A stretch of DNA of 64,000 nucleotides. Source: an uncultured Bacteroidales bacterium (GTDB lineage Bacteria; Bacteroidota; Bacteroidia; Bacteroidales; UBA7960). The stretch spans positions 9,534 to 73,533 of the forward strand of contig CAZRNU010000001.1 of NCBI GenBank assembly GCA_964601515.1. The letters run 5' to 3'. This document shows, piece after piece, positions 28,865-38,229 of this stretch. Each line of letters begins with the position of its first letter. Position 1 is the stretch's first letter. A program made the position numbers and the translations under genes. The notes under the pieces are model-generated. The model was not told where the DNA came from. It saw only the letters and a program-made list of their open reading frames with translations, and did not search any database.

Positions 28865-29584
28865 ATGAAACGGTCCATTATCCTACTACTAATAACAATT
28901 ATCTTCTTCTACTCTTGTAAAAAAGACGAACTTACTTTGCCTTCTCCGGTTCTATTTAAATTCGGAATGGTTTCGGCATATAATGATAGCGAAGCAAAAA
29001 ATTATCATTATTATCAAAACGCGTATTCTCCTTATTTTTTAATTGAAAGTGGAGTGTTTGTTGTTGATGCTATTGAGTTTGATGGAAAAAGAGAAGAAGG
29101 CAAGGATATTTACTTCATTTCAGATTTTTCCGAGCCGGTTGTTGCCGCATTATCAGACCAGAAAACAAACTTTGATGTTGAGTTTGATATACCACAAGGT
29201 GTTTATAAAAAAATAGACATAGTTTTTCACATAAATAATTCTGAAAATATTCCGCTTATTCTTGAAGGTGTTTATAAAGGTGGAAATATTGAAAAGAAAA
29301 TACGTTTCGAATATAATCATTCTGAGCAAATTTCTGTAAGAGCTTCAAACAAACAAGAAGGTCAGAATAACATTATCCTTAGAAAAGATAAACAATCGAT
29401 TGCATTTGCAATTGTTGATGCTGATTATATTTTTAGATTTATAGGTGTAGGACAAATACTTAATGCCCAAACATCTATTATTGATGGAGAACCTTTTGTT
29501 ATAATTAACTCTCAAAACAATATAGACATTTACAATAATGTTGCATCAAGACTAAATAAGAGCATTACTGTGGTTTTTGAATAA
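28865..29584 (+). CDS. hypothetical lipoprotein (possibly distant DUF4382-like)
   Basis: 239-aa ORF with a lipoprotein signal (LLLITIIFFYSCKKD). VFVVDAIEFDG...IPQGVYKKIDIVF loosely parallels the DUF4382 protein four genes downstream. Confidence 0.6.
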   Translation: MKRSIILLLITIIFFYSCKKDELTLPSPVLFKFGMVSAYNDSEAKNYHYYQNAYSPYFLIESGVFVVDAIEFDGKREEGKDIYFISDFSEPVVAALSDQKTNFDVEFDIPQGVYKKIDIVFHINNSENIPLILEGVYKGGNIEKKIRFEYNHSEQISVRASNKQEGQNNIILRKDKQSIAFAIVDADYIFRFIGVGQILNAQTSIIDGEPFVIINSQNNIDIYNNVASRLNKSITVVFE

Positions 29585-29589
29585 ATCTT

Positions 29590-30144
29590 ATGAGCATAGA
29601 GATATATAGCGATGAAGATTTGATTGTTGGATGCCGTAAAAGTAAAAGACTTTATCAGGAAATCCTTTACCGTAGGTATGCAAAAAAAATGTATGGCGTA
29701 TGTTTGAGTTACGCAGGAGATAGAGATTTTGCCATGGATATTTTACAAGAGAGCTTTATAAAAGTATTTAACAAAATAGATTACTTCAAAAATGAAGGCT
29801 CTCTTGAGGGATTGATTAGAATTATTGTTGTTAATACAGCCATTGACTTGATTACGCAAAGAAAAAATATTAATATGCATCTCAAAGAAGAAGTTTTAGA
29901 GAATCAGGGATATAACGATAATAATTTATTGCCAAGATTACAACTTCAAGAGTTGGTTGAGTTTATAAAAAAACTACCAGAGGGAGCAAGATTGATTTTT
30001 AATCTTTTTGCTATGGAAGGCTATACTCACAAGGAAATTGCAAAAGAATTACAAATATCTGAAGGAACATCCAAATCTCAATACAACAGAGCTAAAGGGT
30101 TGTTAATAAACTGGTTGGCCGATTTATATGAAAGAAGAGAATAA
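29590..30144 (+). CDS. ECF-type RNA polymerase sigma-70 factor
   Basis: 184-aa ORF with region 2 (DILQESFIKVFNKIDYFKNEGSLEGLIRIIVVNTAIDL) and a region 4 HTH (FAMEGYTHKEIAKELQISEGTSKSQYNRAK). Confidence 0.88.
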   Translation: MSIEIYSDEDLIVGCRKSKRLYQEILYRRYAKKMYGVCLSYAGDRDFAMDILQESFIKVFNKIDYFKNEGSLEGLIRIIVVNTAIDLITQRKNINMHLKEEVLENQGYNDNNLLPRLQLQELVEFIKKLPEGARLIFNLFAMEGYTHKEIAKELQISEGTSKSQYNRAKGLLINWLADLYERRE

Positions 30145-31315
30145 CATAGAGCAATGGTATAAGTCAATTGTTGACAGCAATGATGAGTTTCCTCCTGATG
30201 AAGTTTGGACTTCTGTTCAGGACGAATTGGATATAAGCATTGTTTGGCCCAAAATTACTGAAGCTTTAGATGTTCAGAAGAGAAAAAGTAAGGTGTTCTA
30301 TATTGGTATAGCAGCATCAATAGCTATTCTTATTGGTATTAGCGGAATTATATTTTATTTTGCAAACAAATCATCTATAGATAATGACGTAAATGTGTCT
30401 GAAAACATTGATACTGCTAGAGAATTTGAAAATATTATTATTTCAACACCTAAGGCCTATCAGTCAGAAATTGTAATAATCGACAAAGAAGAGTATAACG
30501 AGCCCGAATCTGTTAATATTGCTAAATTGCCGGCTAATACAGAGGCTGTTATAATTGAGCCTAAGCAGAATGTTGAGGAATTTATTGTAGAGCCAATTTT
30601 ATTAGCTAATAATTCAATTGAAATAAGTAATCAAAGCATTATAGAAATAGGTAGTCAGTCTAATAATCAGTCATTGCAAAATATGATAGGTGATAAGAAA
30701 AGCAAAAGTGCTTTTTCGGATTTATATGTTGGGATAACAGGACAATTTGCAAATACCTGGATGTTAAACAATAAAACATATACAGGACTTAAAAGCGATG
30801 AACTTACAACAACAAATCTTTCGTTTGGAAAAAATTTTGGAGTTTTATTAGGAACCAATATTTCTGATAACATTACAATTAACACCAATTTGTTTTGGCA
30901 AAATGAACAGAAGCAGAGTTACAATGAGTATATAAATGGCAGGTATGTTTCAAACACAATAACGCTCGATTATTATTCTATCTTATTGCAATTGAATTAT
31001 ACTATAAAACATAATACCAGCAAACACAATCTCTCCTTAGGTGCTTTTACAGATATTAAGAAAGAAGCATATCAGGATGTTGACGGCATACTTAAAGACG
31101 TAAAAAATGAATATAGCAATTTTGATTATGGAATTTTGCTTGGATATGAATATCCAATAAAAATCACTCCTAATCTGCAATTTAATCCCGGCATAGCCGG
31201 CAGGATAGGCTTTAATAACATTTTCTCCGGGAATGATATTATTCCTGACTATCTCAACAAAACCCACAACGCTTCTTTAAATCTCACATTCTCGCTGATT
31301 TATTCCGTATTTTAA
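30128..31315 (+). CDS. putative anti-sigma factor fused to an outer-membrane beta-barrel-type domain
   Basis: 395-aa ORF overlapping the sigma gene by 17 nt. It has a short N-terminal cytoplasmic segment and one TM (VFYIGIAASIAILIGISGIIFYF). The C-terminal ~200 aa show alternating beta-strand patterns (LYVGITGQF.., FGVLLGTN.., YGILLGYEY.., NLTFSLIYSVF) and end in Phe. Confidence 0.6.
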   Translation: MKEENNIEQWYKSIVDSNDEFPPDEVWTSVQDELDISIVWPKITEALDVQKRKSKVFYIGIAASIAILIGISGIIFYFANKSSIDNDVNVSENIDTAREFENIIISTPKAYQSEIVIIDKEEYNEPESVNIAKLPANTEAVIIEPKQNVEEFIVEPILLANNSIEISNQSIIEIGSQSNNQSLQNMIGDKKSKSAFSDLYVGITGQFANTWMLNNKTYTGLKSDELTTTNLSFGKNFGVLLGTNISDNITINTNLFWQNEQKQSYNEYINGRYVSNTITLDYYSILLQLNYTIKHNTSKHNLSLGAFTDIKKEAYQDVDGILKDVKNEYSNFDYGILLGYEYPIKITPNLQFNPGIAGRIGFNNIFSGNDIIPDYLNKTHNASLNLTFSLIYSVF

Positions 31316-31412
31316 ACAAATTCCAACCTTTTTATAATTTATTTCGTCTTATGGGTAAGACAACCATTTAGGATTGTTGAAACAGAATTTATCAAATTTA
31401 AATACTAAAATT

Positions 31413-32309
31413 ATGAAACGGATATTATTGATAATGGCAATGCTGGTAACGGTAGCCATTATGTTCGCAGGATGCGATAAAGACACAAACACCGGAACTC
31501 TTAAACTTTCAATCACTGATTCACCTATTGATTCAGATGGAATTACAGGTGTGTTTATTACAGTAACAGAAATTCAATATCATTCAAACAGAGGAGCAAA
31601 TGATTGGCAGATTTTTGAAGATTTTGAAGGACCGCAAACGTACAATTTACTAGACCTTACAAGAGGAGAATCATCACTTCTCGGAAATTTAGAACTCGAA
31701 GCCGGAACATACACTCAATTGAGGTTTATTCTTGATGCTCCTGAATATGGAATGGGAACTCCTTCAAATCCGGGATGTTATTTAGAGTTTGAAAATGGCA
31801 ATACTGAACCTTTATTTGTTCCAAGTGGTAGTCAATCAGGATTTAAGGGTGTTGGCGCATTTACAGTTCCTCTAAATGGTGAAGTAGAAGTAACAGCAGA
31901 TTTTGATGTTCGCAAGTCTGTTGTACACGCGGGTAATTCAGGAATGTACATTTTAAAACCAACAATCAGACTCATTGTTAATGATCAGGCAGGGAAAATT
32001 TGTGGAGGCGTAACTCAGATCCCTGAAGGTGCTCAAATAGCTATTTATGCTTATTCAGAAGGGGTATATTCTTCTGATGAGGCTAACGATCCGGAAGTTG
32101 AGATGCCTCGCTTCCCAAATGCTATTAGCAGCGATGTAGTTGATGAAGAAGGGAATTATTGTATAGCATATCTTGCCCCTGTAACATATGATTTGGTTGT
32201 GGTAAAATTAATTGACGGAGAATTTGTAGAAGTTCTTGGAATTGTTTCAGATGTTGTTGTTGAAAGCAAAAAAACAACAACCGTAAATATTAATATTGAC
32301 GAATTATAA
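31413..32309 (+). CDS. DUF4382-like lipoprotein
   Basis: The start is taken at the ATG (MKRILLIMAMLVTVAIMFAGCDKD, a lipobox); the ORF-track TTG at 31374 adds 13 aa. GTLKLSITDSPIDSDGITGVFITVTEIQYH and AGTYTQLRFIL are as I recall for DUF4382. Confidence 0.7.
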   Translation: MKRILLIMAMLVTVAIMFAGCDKDTNTGTLKLSITDSPIDSDGITGVFITVTEIQYHSNRGANDWQIFEDFEGPQTYNLLDLTRGESSLLGNLELEAGTYTQLRFILDAPEYGMGTPSNPGCYLEFENGNTEPLFVPSGSQSGFKGVGAFTVPLNGEVEVTADFDVRKSVVHAGNSGMYILKPTIRLIVNDQAGKICGGVTQIPEGAQIAIYAYSEGVYSSDEANDPEVEMPRFPNAISSDVVDEEGNYCIAYLAPVTYDLVVVKLIDGEFVEVLGIVSDVVVESKKTTTVNINIDEL

Positions 32310-32312
32310 CAT

Positions 32313-33026
32313 TTAACTCGGAAAATTCTCTGAACAGAATTCTTTTAAATATCTTTTTAAATTGTTAGAATGTTCATCTGAAAATGTCACAAACCGTATT
32401 TCTATCGTTAATTGATTGTTGTTTTTAGAAGAAATAATTATTTCCGGATTGCGACTGTAGATTACCCAGGGCGTTGAATTAATCGCCCGGGTAATCTTCG
32501 TTTTTATTTCGGAATGATTGTAATTGCCCGGTATTTCTATAGTTATTGAAGCAAATTTATTTACACTCTCCTTTTTCGGACGAACAAGCACCTGATTAGC
32601 AAGCTTAGAATATGGAATTTTTATAATTTCTCCACTTGAAGTTTCGAGCTCAAGAGAAAGATATCCTATCTTTTTAATCATACCCTCTGAAAAATTAGTT
32701 TTTAAGTACTGGCCGTTCTCAAAGGCATTTTCTGACTTTAAAATCATGCCGGAAATCAAATCTCTTATTATATACCAACCAATTGCTAAGCAGAGTATTA
32801 ATCCCATCACAGTAAGTAATGATGGCATAAATGAATGTTCTTCAAATAAAACAAAAGCTGCCCAAAAGAGAAACAAAGCCCAAAGCGAAAACTCTACAAC
32901 AGGAATAACCCTGATAATAGTTTTATGTAATAGCGTTCCTTTTATAGCGATTCCGGTGAAATAAATAATTACCCTCATTGCAATGAAAAGAACGATACCA
33001 AGAAAAACAACGACTAACAACTTCAT
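32313..33026 (-). CDS. small MscS-family mechanosensitive channel-like protein
   Basis: 237-aa ORF with three N-terminal TM helices, then a pore-helix-to-beta-domain transition (IIRDLISGMILKSENAFENGQYLK...GMIKKIGYLSLELETSSGEIIKIPYSKL). Its ATG overlaps the stop of the upstream gene (ATGA at 33023-33026). Confidence 0.75.
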   Translation of the reverse strand: MKLLVVVFLGIVLFIAMRVIIYFTGIAIKGTLLHKTIIRVIPVVEFSLWALFLFWAAFVLFEEHSFMPSLLTVMGLILCLAIGWYIIRDLISGMILKSENAFENGQYLKTNFSEGMIKKIGYLSLELETSSGEIIKIPYSKLANQVLVRPKKESVNKFASITIEIPGNYNHSEIKTKITRAINSTPWVIYSRNPEIIISSKNNNQLTIEIRFVTFSDEHSNNLKRYLKEFCSENFPS

Positions 33027-36000
33027 AATAATTTCATGTTTTGAAACTTCTCAATAATATGATGTTCTATGACAGGATTGATAGAATAAATTCCGTTAAA
33101 TTTTTCGAAGATTACCCCCCATCTAATAAGGCTATTCCAATTCTCAAATATTATATCTTCGTTAGTTTGTAATATAGATGCAATGTTAGTAAATGAAAAT
33201 CTTCTCTGTAGTAATAATTGCAATAAAATGAATTTTTGATCCTGATTTAAATTGTCTATAACTAAAAGGTCAGCATTTTTTGGGTAGTGCATATAAATAG
33301 TTTTGCCATTTACCTTTTCTATGCACGACAACCATCCCTGAATTGCAGCCCCCGGATTTCCGTAAGACAAATTGAATAATTTATTAAACAGTTTTGCATA
33401 ATCCCACTCAGTAAATTGTCTTTCTTCTTTATTGCCGACAGTAAATTTTAGCCCGCTAGCCCTGTGTCTTAACATTATCGTTTCTTTAAGTTGCTTGGAA
33501 TCAAACGGGTGACATTCAATATTGCATAAAGAATAGGCAGATAAAGATGTTTGTTGCTCAATAATCTTATAAGCATAACTATTTACATTAACCATAAACA
33601 GCACGTTTTTACCAACTTTGTTTATAAGCAACTCAATATACCTTATAACTGCATCTCCTCCCGGCTTTCTTTCCCACCATAGCCCAAGGTCGTTAATCAC
33701 TACAACTTTTTTACCGCCTTCTTTTAGCGTTTCTATTAGATATTTTTCGTCTGTTTCAAAAGCTTTTGCCAACTCACTTATGAACAGTTCCGGATCGCAT
33801 GTTGGTTCTTTGGGGGCTCTTAAAAATGCAGAGTTTTCATTTTTAAAATGTCTACGTGCTAAGAGTTTTGACAAACTAGATTTTCCTGAGGAGCGCTTTC
33901 CAGTGATTAAAATTATACCCGAAGACCCCTTGAAAAATCTATTAATTCCATCTTCTCCGGTTTTAATCTCTTCTTTCATCCCAACCCAAAAATCCTCTCC
34001 AATACCCGAAAACCCGGAGAATAAGTTCGTATAATAAAAAGGAAGAGTTTTCATTACCTCTTTCGAAGGCGATAAGCTTGAAATTAATGAATGAATTTTT
34101 TCGTAATTATTTATTGATGCAGGTGCTTCATCTTCAAGTTTTTCTGTCCACAGTATTCCTTCACTTCTAGTATAAAGTAATTTTACAAGCTGTTTCTGCC
34201 CTATATTATTAATCCGGTCAATTAAATTTCTTATTCTTTTTGATCGCTTTTTGCTTTCTGCTTCTTGTATCTTTTTCTTTAGTGACCTTGAAGTTTGAAT
34301 AATAACTGACGATGATAGAGGTTCAAATGATTTTTTTAGTCCTATGTTAAGATTGCTTTCAAGTCCTTTTATAATAAATAATATCTTTTGCTCTTCTGCT
34401 TCAAGTGTTTTAATATATTCTTCAAGAACACCCTTTAAGTTTATCTTTGTTGCATTATCTTCTTCAATAATAGTTTCCTTATTAGCCTGAATATTGAAAT
34501 TTGCCAGCCGTATTACATCTTTCAGGTTTGCAACAGCTTCACTTAGATTTTCTGATGCACTCCTGCTTTTTGTTTTTACAAAGTCAATAAACTCATTGCT
34601 TATATAAAACTCAACTGTTTTTCTTATGCCAAGTACATAAGTTTCAGATTCGTTAAGTTTTTGAAGATCTTTTGGTTCAGCAATATTTAATCCGCTAATC
34701 TCCATCGATTCAGGCAGCTCTTTTATTGCGTTAAATATTTCATTATAAAGATTTTGGTAATAAGTTTCAATTGTGGGTGTTTTTATCTGACTGTATTCTA
34801 TATATGGAAATTCCTTATTCTTTGATGGTTTTGAATTAATAAATTTCTGAGCTTGCTCTCTTAGAGTAGAAATATTGTTTAAAATGGTATAATCAATATA
34901 GTTGTCAAGCTCATTGTTGTATTTCAGAATTTTTGAGGCAATTCTAGAATTTAATGATAGGAACAGATAGTCAAGATATCCCTTGTTTATTGAAGTCTTT
35001 AATCCTTTTCTCCAAGATTCTGGGAAAGAATCAATTTTTGCTCTTAACTTAGGCTCATGTTTGAACGCCTTTTTGTATTTCCTACTAAAAAATGAACTTT
35101 TTTGTCCTTCAATTATAAAGCTTAAATTATCAATATCTTTCAATAACTCATCAAACAACTCGTGCGAAGCAATCTGATAAAATCTTTTAGATTTTTCTTC
35201 AAACTCTTCAAGACTAAACTTGATTTTTTGTCTCTCCATCTGAAGAATAGAGGATGCGCTTGACTCTTCCTCGTTTCTCAATTTTCCTATTAGCTCATGC
35301 ACATTATTATATATTTTTCGCAAATGTGAAAAAGTTGAGAATGAATGTTGTATGTATGTCTCTTGAAGTTTCTGCAAAAACGTAAGTCTGTTATAATATA
35401 GCAGGTACCTTGCAGTGTTATAAAATCTTACTTTCTTTCTTTTTTTATTATCGAGCTTAACTATTATGGAATTAGGCAACCCGGTAGTAATTTTGTTCAA
35501 TTCATTAATATACTCTTGTATGCTTTTATTTAAAAACACTTTCTCTTTTTCAATGATATCATCAGAGTATTTTAAAAACTGTTTCTTAGAATGAAATGCA
35601 AAATCATTTAAACTGTTTAGGAATGCTTTGTTTTTGTCTTCTACATCCTGAATATGGATATCCCTTTCGAGAGATGATAATGTTTTTTGAATAACGTTAT
35701 TAAGTTCTTTGGAAAATTGTATGTACAACTTCTGAATGTTGAAATACCCATCCTGAATATACTTATTGGATATTTGGTCTGTAAGTTTTGTAATGTTAAA
35801 TATCTGATTAGAAATAATTTCTCTTGATGGAATTTTGATTCTTCCTATCAGGCTTTCCGGATAGCCTTCCGGAATCTTTCCTGCTGCTATTTCATCCTGA
35901 GTGGCCGATAAATGGTGAGATATTGAAACTTCGTCAAAGCTGTTAGATGCCTTTATTATCACACAAGTTTTAAGGGCTTCACACAAGATATTTAACTTGG

Positions 36001-38080
36001 AATAAACATCACCAACATCCTTACTGCCAAAGTCATGCATGTCAAGAATAGTCAAATCAGTATTATATGATTCTGATTTAATAATTTGCAGTTCGGGAAG
36101 CTGTTCTATATTGTTGTTAATAACCCTTATTTCAACCTGAACTCTATTATCTTCAATGATTTGTCTTAATAACGAATAATACGACTCAGTATGTTGAGTT
36201 TCATAGTTGATAAAAACTATGCGAATACAGGCTTGTCTCCATCCCGGCGAAGCAGTTATGAATTTCAATAATGTAATTCCGAAAGATATGTTTCTTCCTT
36301 TTCCATTCCACCATAAATCAATGGTTTTTTGCCTCCCAAAGCCAACTTCTTTATCGTACTTTAAAAAAACTTGGTTATAATCAAGTTTTTTTAGCTGGTA
36401 TAATAAGTTTGTGAATTTTTCCGGACTTTTTGTATTCTTTGCCCAGCCCATCAAAATTGTGTTAGGTTCAAATCCGGAAAAACCGTAAACCCTGGCTATG
36501 TTGTCAATTCCATCGTAAATGTTCTGACATATATGTTTTCTGGTTATAATGTCTCTGGATCCATTTAGTTCTTCAGCCGTAATATCTTCACCTCGGCTCA
36601 AAATCATACTTTTTGAAGGGTCTTCAATTAGTTGGAAACTTGTAAATATACCAAGATGACCAACTAAAGTCTGTGCAAATTCTAATAGGTGTGGTCTTGA
36701 AGCTGTTCCTCCACTGAATACTATAATATTAGGCCTCCATCTACTGGCTTTTGTGTTAGAAAGCATAAGTTTACGCAGCCCGGTTTTTACCAGAGAAGTC
36801 CAAATCCCATTCCATGTATCGCCCGATTGAAGAATAAGCTCTTTTTTCTTTAAAAACAAAAATACGCCTAATAGTACAATAGATGCTCCGATCATCGCAA
36901 GCAGATCTAGTTGTATCATTACAATTATACAAGCAAAGGCCCCAATTATACTTACAATTCTTGGTATCTTAAAACTTGGCCTAAAGTCGCTTCCTGCCCA
37001 GTTTTCAACTGTGTATGTAATATTTAAAAATCCATAAGTAATGATGAAAAATATAGTTACTATTCTCGCAATTAAGTTTAGTTCACCAATTAAAATTCCA
37101 ATTTGAGCAATAAGATATGTAAAAATTAGTGCGTTACGGGGTTCGTTTGAAGCTCCGTACCCTTTTGCAAATATAGAGGGAGTAATTCTGTCTGATGAAA
37201 TTGCTTGCAAAATTCTAGGTGCTCCCAAAATGCTTCCTAGTGCTGAGGAAAGAGTGGCTCCAAGAATTCCGGCAACCACCAATTGTGGAATCCAAGCTAT
37301 ATCAAATAATGCGTAAGGGTTGTTTACTAATAGGTCTCTGTCAACAGTATAAGAAAAGAAGAAAGCAAGTCCGATATATACCAGTAAACCAAAAAGAATA
37401 GCGGAAATTGTTCCAAAAGGTATATCTTTTTTTGGATCTTTTAAATCTCCCGACATTGAGACTCCTGCTTCAAAGCCTGTAACTGCAGGAAAAAATATAG
37501 CAAACAAAACAATCCAAGACATTGCGCCCGGCATTGAATTTAACTGTGGAGCTGATGGAACGAAATCATGCTTCCCTAAAAATACTGAAAGAAGAGATAA
37601 CGCCATTATGGTCATTATCAGGTATTGTGTTTTTATTGCTAGAGAAGTGCTAATAAATGTCACAACCATCACAGCAAAAAGGATAATTGACCCGGCAATT
37701 CTAATATTATTGATGGTTGCATCATATCCGAAATAAGTTAAAAAAGTTTCCGAAAACCCTATCAAATATAAACTAACACTAAATGACAAGCCTACAAATA
37801 GAGCTAAACCCAAAGTACCCCCGATAGGAAGCCCCAAACTTCTTGAAATCATAAAATAACTTCCGCCGGGGCCTACCTTTTTATCTGTTGCAATTGAAGC
37901 AACGCTAAGTCCGGTTGTTAATGAAATTATGTGAGCAACAAGTATAATTCCCAATGTAGAAATTAATCCGGCTTGGCCAACTATCCATGGTAGGCGCAAA
38001 TACATTATTACACCCAATATTGTTAATATTGAAGGAGTAAAAACACCACCAAAAGCATTGAATTTTTTACTCTTTGTCAA
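33023..38080 (-). CDS. fusion protein: SLC12/CCC-type cation-chloride cotransporter + long helical linker + P-loop (ORC/Cdc6-like AAA+) ATPase with winged helix
   Basis: A single uninterrupted 1685-aa ORF with a TTG start; there is no in-frame ATG before TM1. The domain evidence is given in the sub-features below. Confidence 0.8.
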   Translation of the reverse strand: MTKSKKFNAFGGVFTPSILTILGVIMYLRLPWIVGQAGLISTLGIILVAHIISLTTGLSVASIATDKKVGPGGSYFMISRSLGLPIGGTLGLALFVGLSFSVSLYLIGFSETFLTYFGYDATINNIRIAGSIILFAVMVVTFISTSLAIKTQYLIMTIMALSLLSVFLGKHDFVPSAPQLNSMPGAMSWIVLFAIFFPAVTGFEAGVSMSGDLKDPKKDIPFGTISAILFGLLVYIGLAFFFSYTVDRDLLVNNPYALFDIAWIPQLVVAGILGATLSSALGSILGAPRILQAISSDRITPSIFAKGYGASNEPRNALIFTYLIAQIGILIGELNLIARIVTIFFIITYGFLNITYTVENWAGSDFRPSFKIPRIVSIIGAFACIIVMIQLDLLAMIGASIVLLGVFLFLKKKELILQSGDTWNGIWTSLVKTGLRKLMLSNTKASRWRPNIIVFSGGTASRPHLLEFAQTLVGHLGIFTSFQLIEDPSKSMILSRGEDITAEELNGSRDIITRKHICQNIYDGIDNIARVYGFSGFEPNTILMGWAKNTKSPEKFTNLLYQLKKLDYNQVFLKYDKEVGFGRQKTIDLWWNGKGRNISFGITLLKFITASPGWRQACIRIVFINYETQHTESYYSLLRQIIEDNRVQVEIRVINNNIEQLPELQIIKSESYNTDLTILDMHDFGSKDVGDVYSKLNILCEALKTCVIIKASNSFDEVSISHHLSATQDEIAAGKIPEGYPESLIGRIKIPSREIISNQIFNITKLTDQISNKYIQDGYFNIQKLYIQFSKELNNVIQKTLSSLERDIHIQDVEDKNKAFLNSLNDFAFHSKKQFLKYSDDIIEKEKVFLNKSIQEYINELNKITTGLPNSIIVKLDNKKRKKVRFYNTARYLLYYNRLTFLQKLQETYIQHSFSTFSHLRKIYNNVHELIGKLRNEEESSASSILQMERQKIKFSLEEFEEKSKRFYQIASHELFDELLKDIDNLSFIIEGQKSSFFSRKYKKAFKHEPKLRAKIDSFPESWRKGLKTSINKGYLDYLFLSLNSRIASKILKYNNELDNYIDYTILNNISTLREQAQKFINSKPSKNKEFPYIEYSQIKTPTIETYYQNLYNEIFNAIKELPESMEISGLNIAEPKDLQKLNESETYVLGIRKTVEFYISNEFIDFVKTKSRSASENLSEAVANLKDVIRLANFNIQANKETIIEEDNATKINLKGVLEEYIKTLEAEEQKILFIIKGLESNLNIGLKKSFEPLSSSVIIQTSRSLKKKIQEAESKKRSKRIRNLIDRINNIGQKQLVKLLYTRSEGILWTEKLEDEAPASINNYEKIHSLISSLSPSKEVMKTLPFYYTNLFSGFSGIGEDFWVGMKEEIKTGEDGINRFFKGSSGIILITGKRSSGKSSLSKLLARRHFKNENSAFLRAPKEPTCDPELFISELAKAFETDEKYLIETLKEGGKKVVVINDLGLWWERKPGGDAVIRYIELLINKVGKNVLFMVNVNSYAYKIIEQQTSLSAYSLCNIECHPFDSKQLKETIMLRHRASGLKFTVGNKEERQFTEWDYAKLFNKLFNLSYGNPGAAIQGWLSCIEKVNGKTIYMHYPKNADLLVIDNLNQDQKFILLQLLLQRRFSFTNIASILQTNEDIIFENWNSLIRWGVIFEKFNGIYSINPVIEHHIIEKFQNMKLL
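33026..33973 (-). other. domain: P-loop NTPase plus C-terminal winged-helix-like region (aa ~1370-1685)
   Basis: Walker A is GKRSSGKS (aa 1394-1401, nt 33878-33901) and Walker B-like is KKVVVINDLGLWW. IECHPFDSKQL and LSYGNPGAAIQ resemble the L-x-P-[LF] and G-x-P motifs of ATPase_2 / ORC-Cdc6-type AAA+ proteins. The terminal ~80 aa look like a wHTH. Confidence 0.6.
33974..35935 (-). other. domain: ~650-aa K/E/N/I-rich predicted helical linker with no motif I recognise (aa ~716-1369)
   Basis: The composition and heptad-like patterning suggest helices. There are no Cys/His clusters and no nucleotide-binding motifs. Confidence 0.4.
35936..36748 (-). other. domain: SLC12-type cytoplasmic C-terminal domain (aa ~445-715)
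   Basis: WRPNIIVFSGG, FEPNTILMGWAKN and IDLWWNGKGRN...LLKFI resemble the conserved strands of the CCC C-terminal domain. Confidence 0.6.
36845..38080 (-). other. domain: APC-superfamily permease core of SLC12 type (aa 1-412)
   Basis: FGGVFTPSILTILGVIMYLRLPWIVGQAG, GPGGSYFMISRSLG and AVTGFEAGVSMSGDLKDPKKDIPFGT are hallmark CCC/SLC12 TM1, TM3 and TM6 contexts. About 12 hydrophobic segments are present. Confidence 0.8.
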
Positions 38081-38136
38081 AACTATTTATTTTATAATTC
38101 AATAAAATGTTAGATAATCATATTATAATATCTACC

Positions 38137-38144
38137 CAAAGGTA
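38137..38144 (-). promoter_or_regulatory. -7 promoter box for the transporter-ATPase / MscS operon
   Basis: The minus strand reads TACCTTTG (TAnnTTTG), 57 nt upstream of the TTG start at 38080, in the 149-bp divergent intergenic region. Confidence 0.4.
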
Positions 38145-38229
38145 AAAAAAAGAATAAAGAGTATTGATATTAAACCTAATCATTGTAATATTTTTTAACT
38201 TTTTCTTTTTTGATTAAGTAGTATAAACA

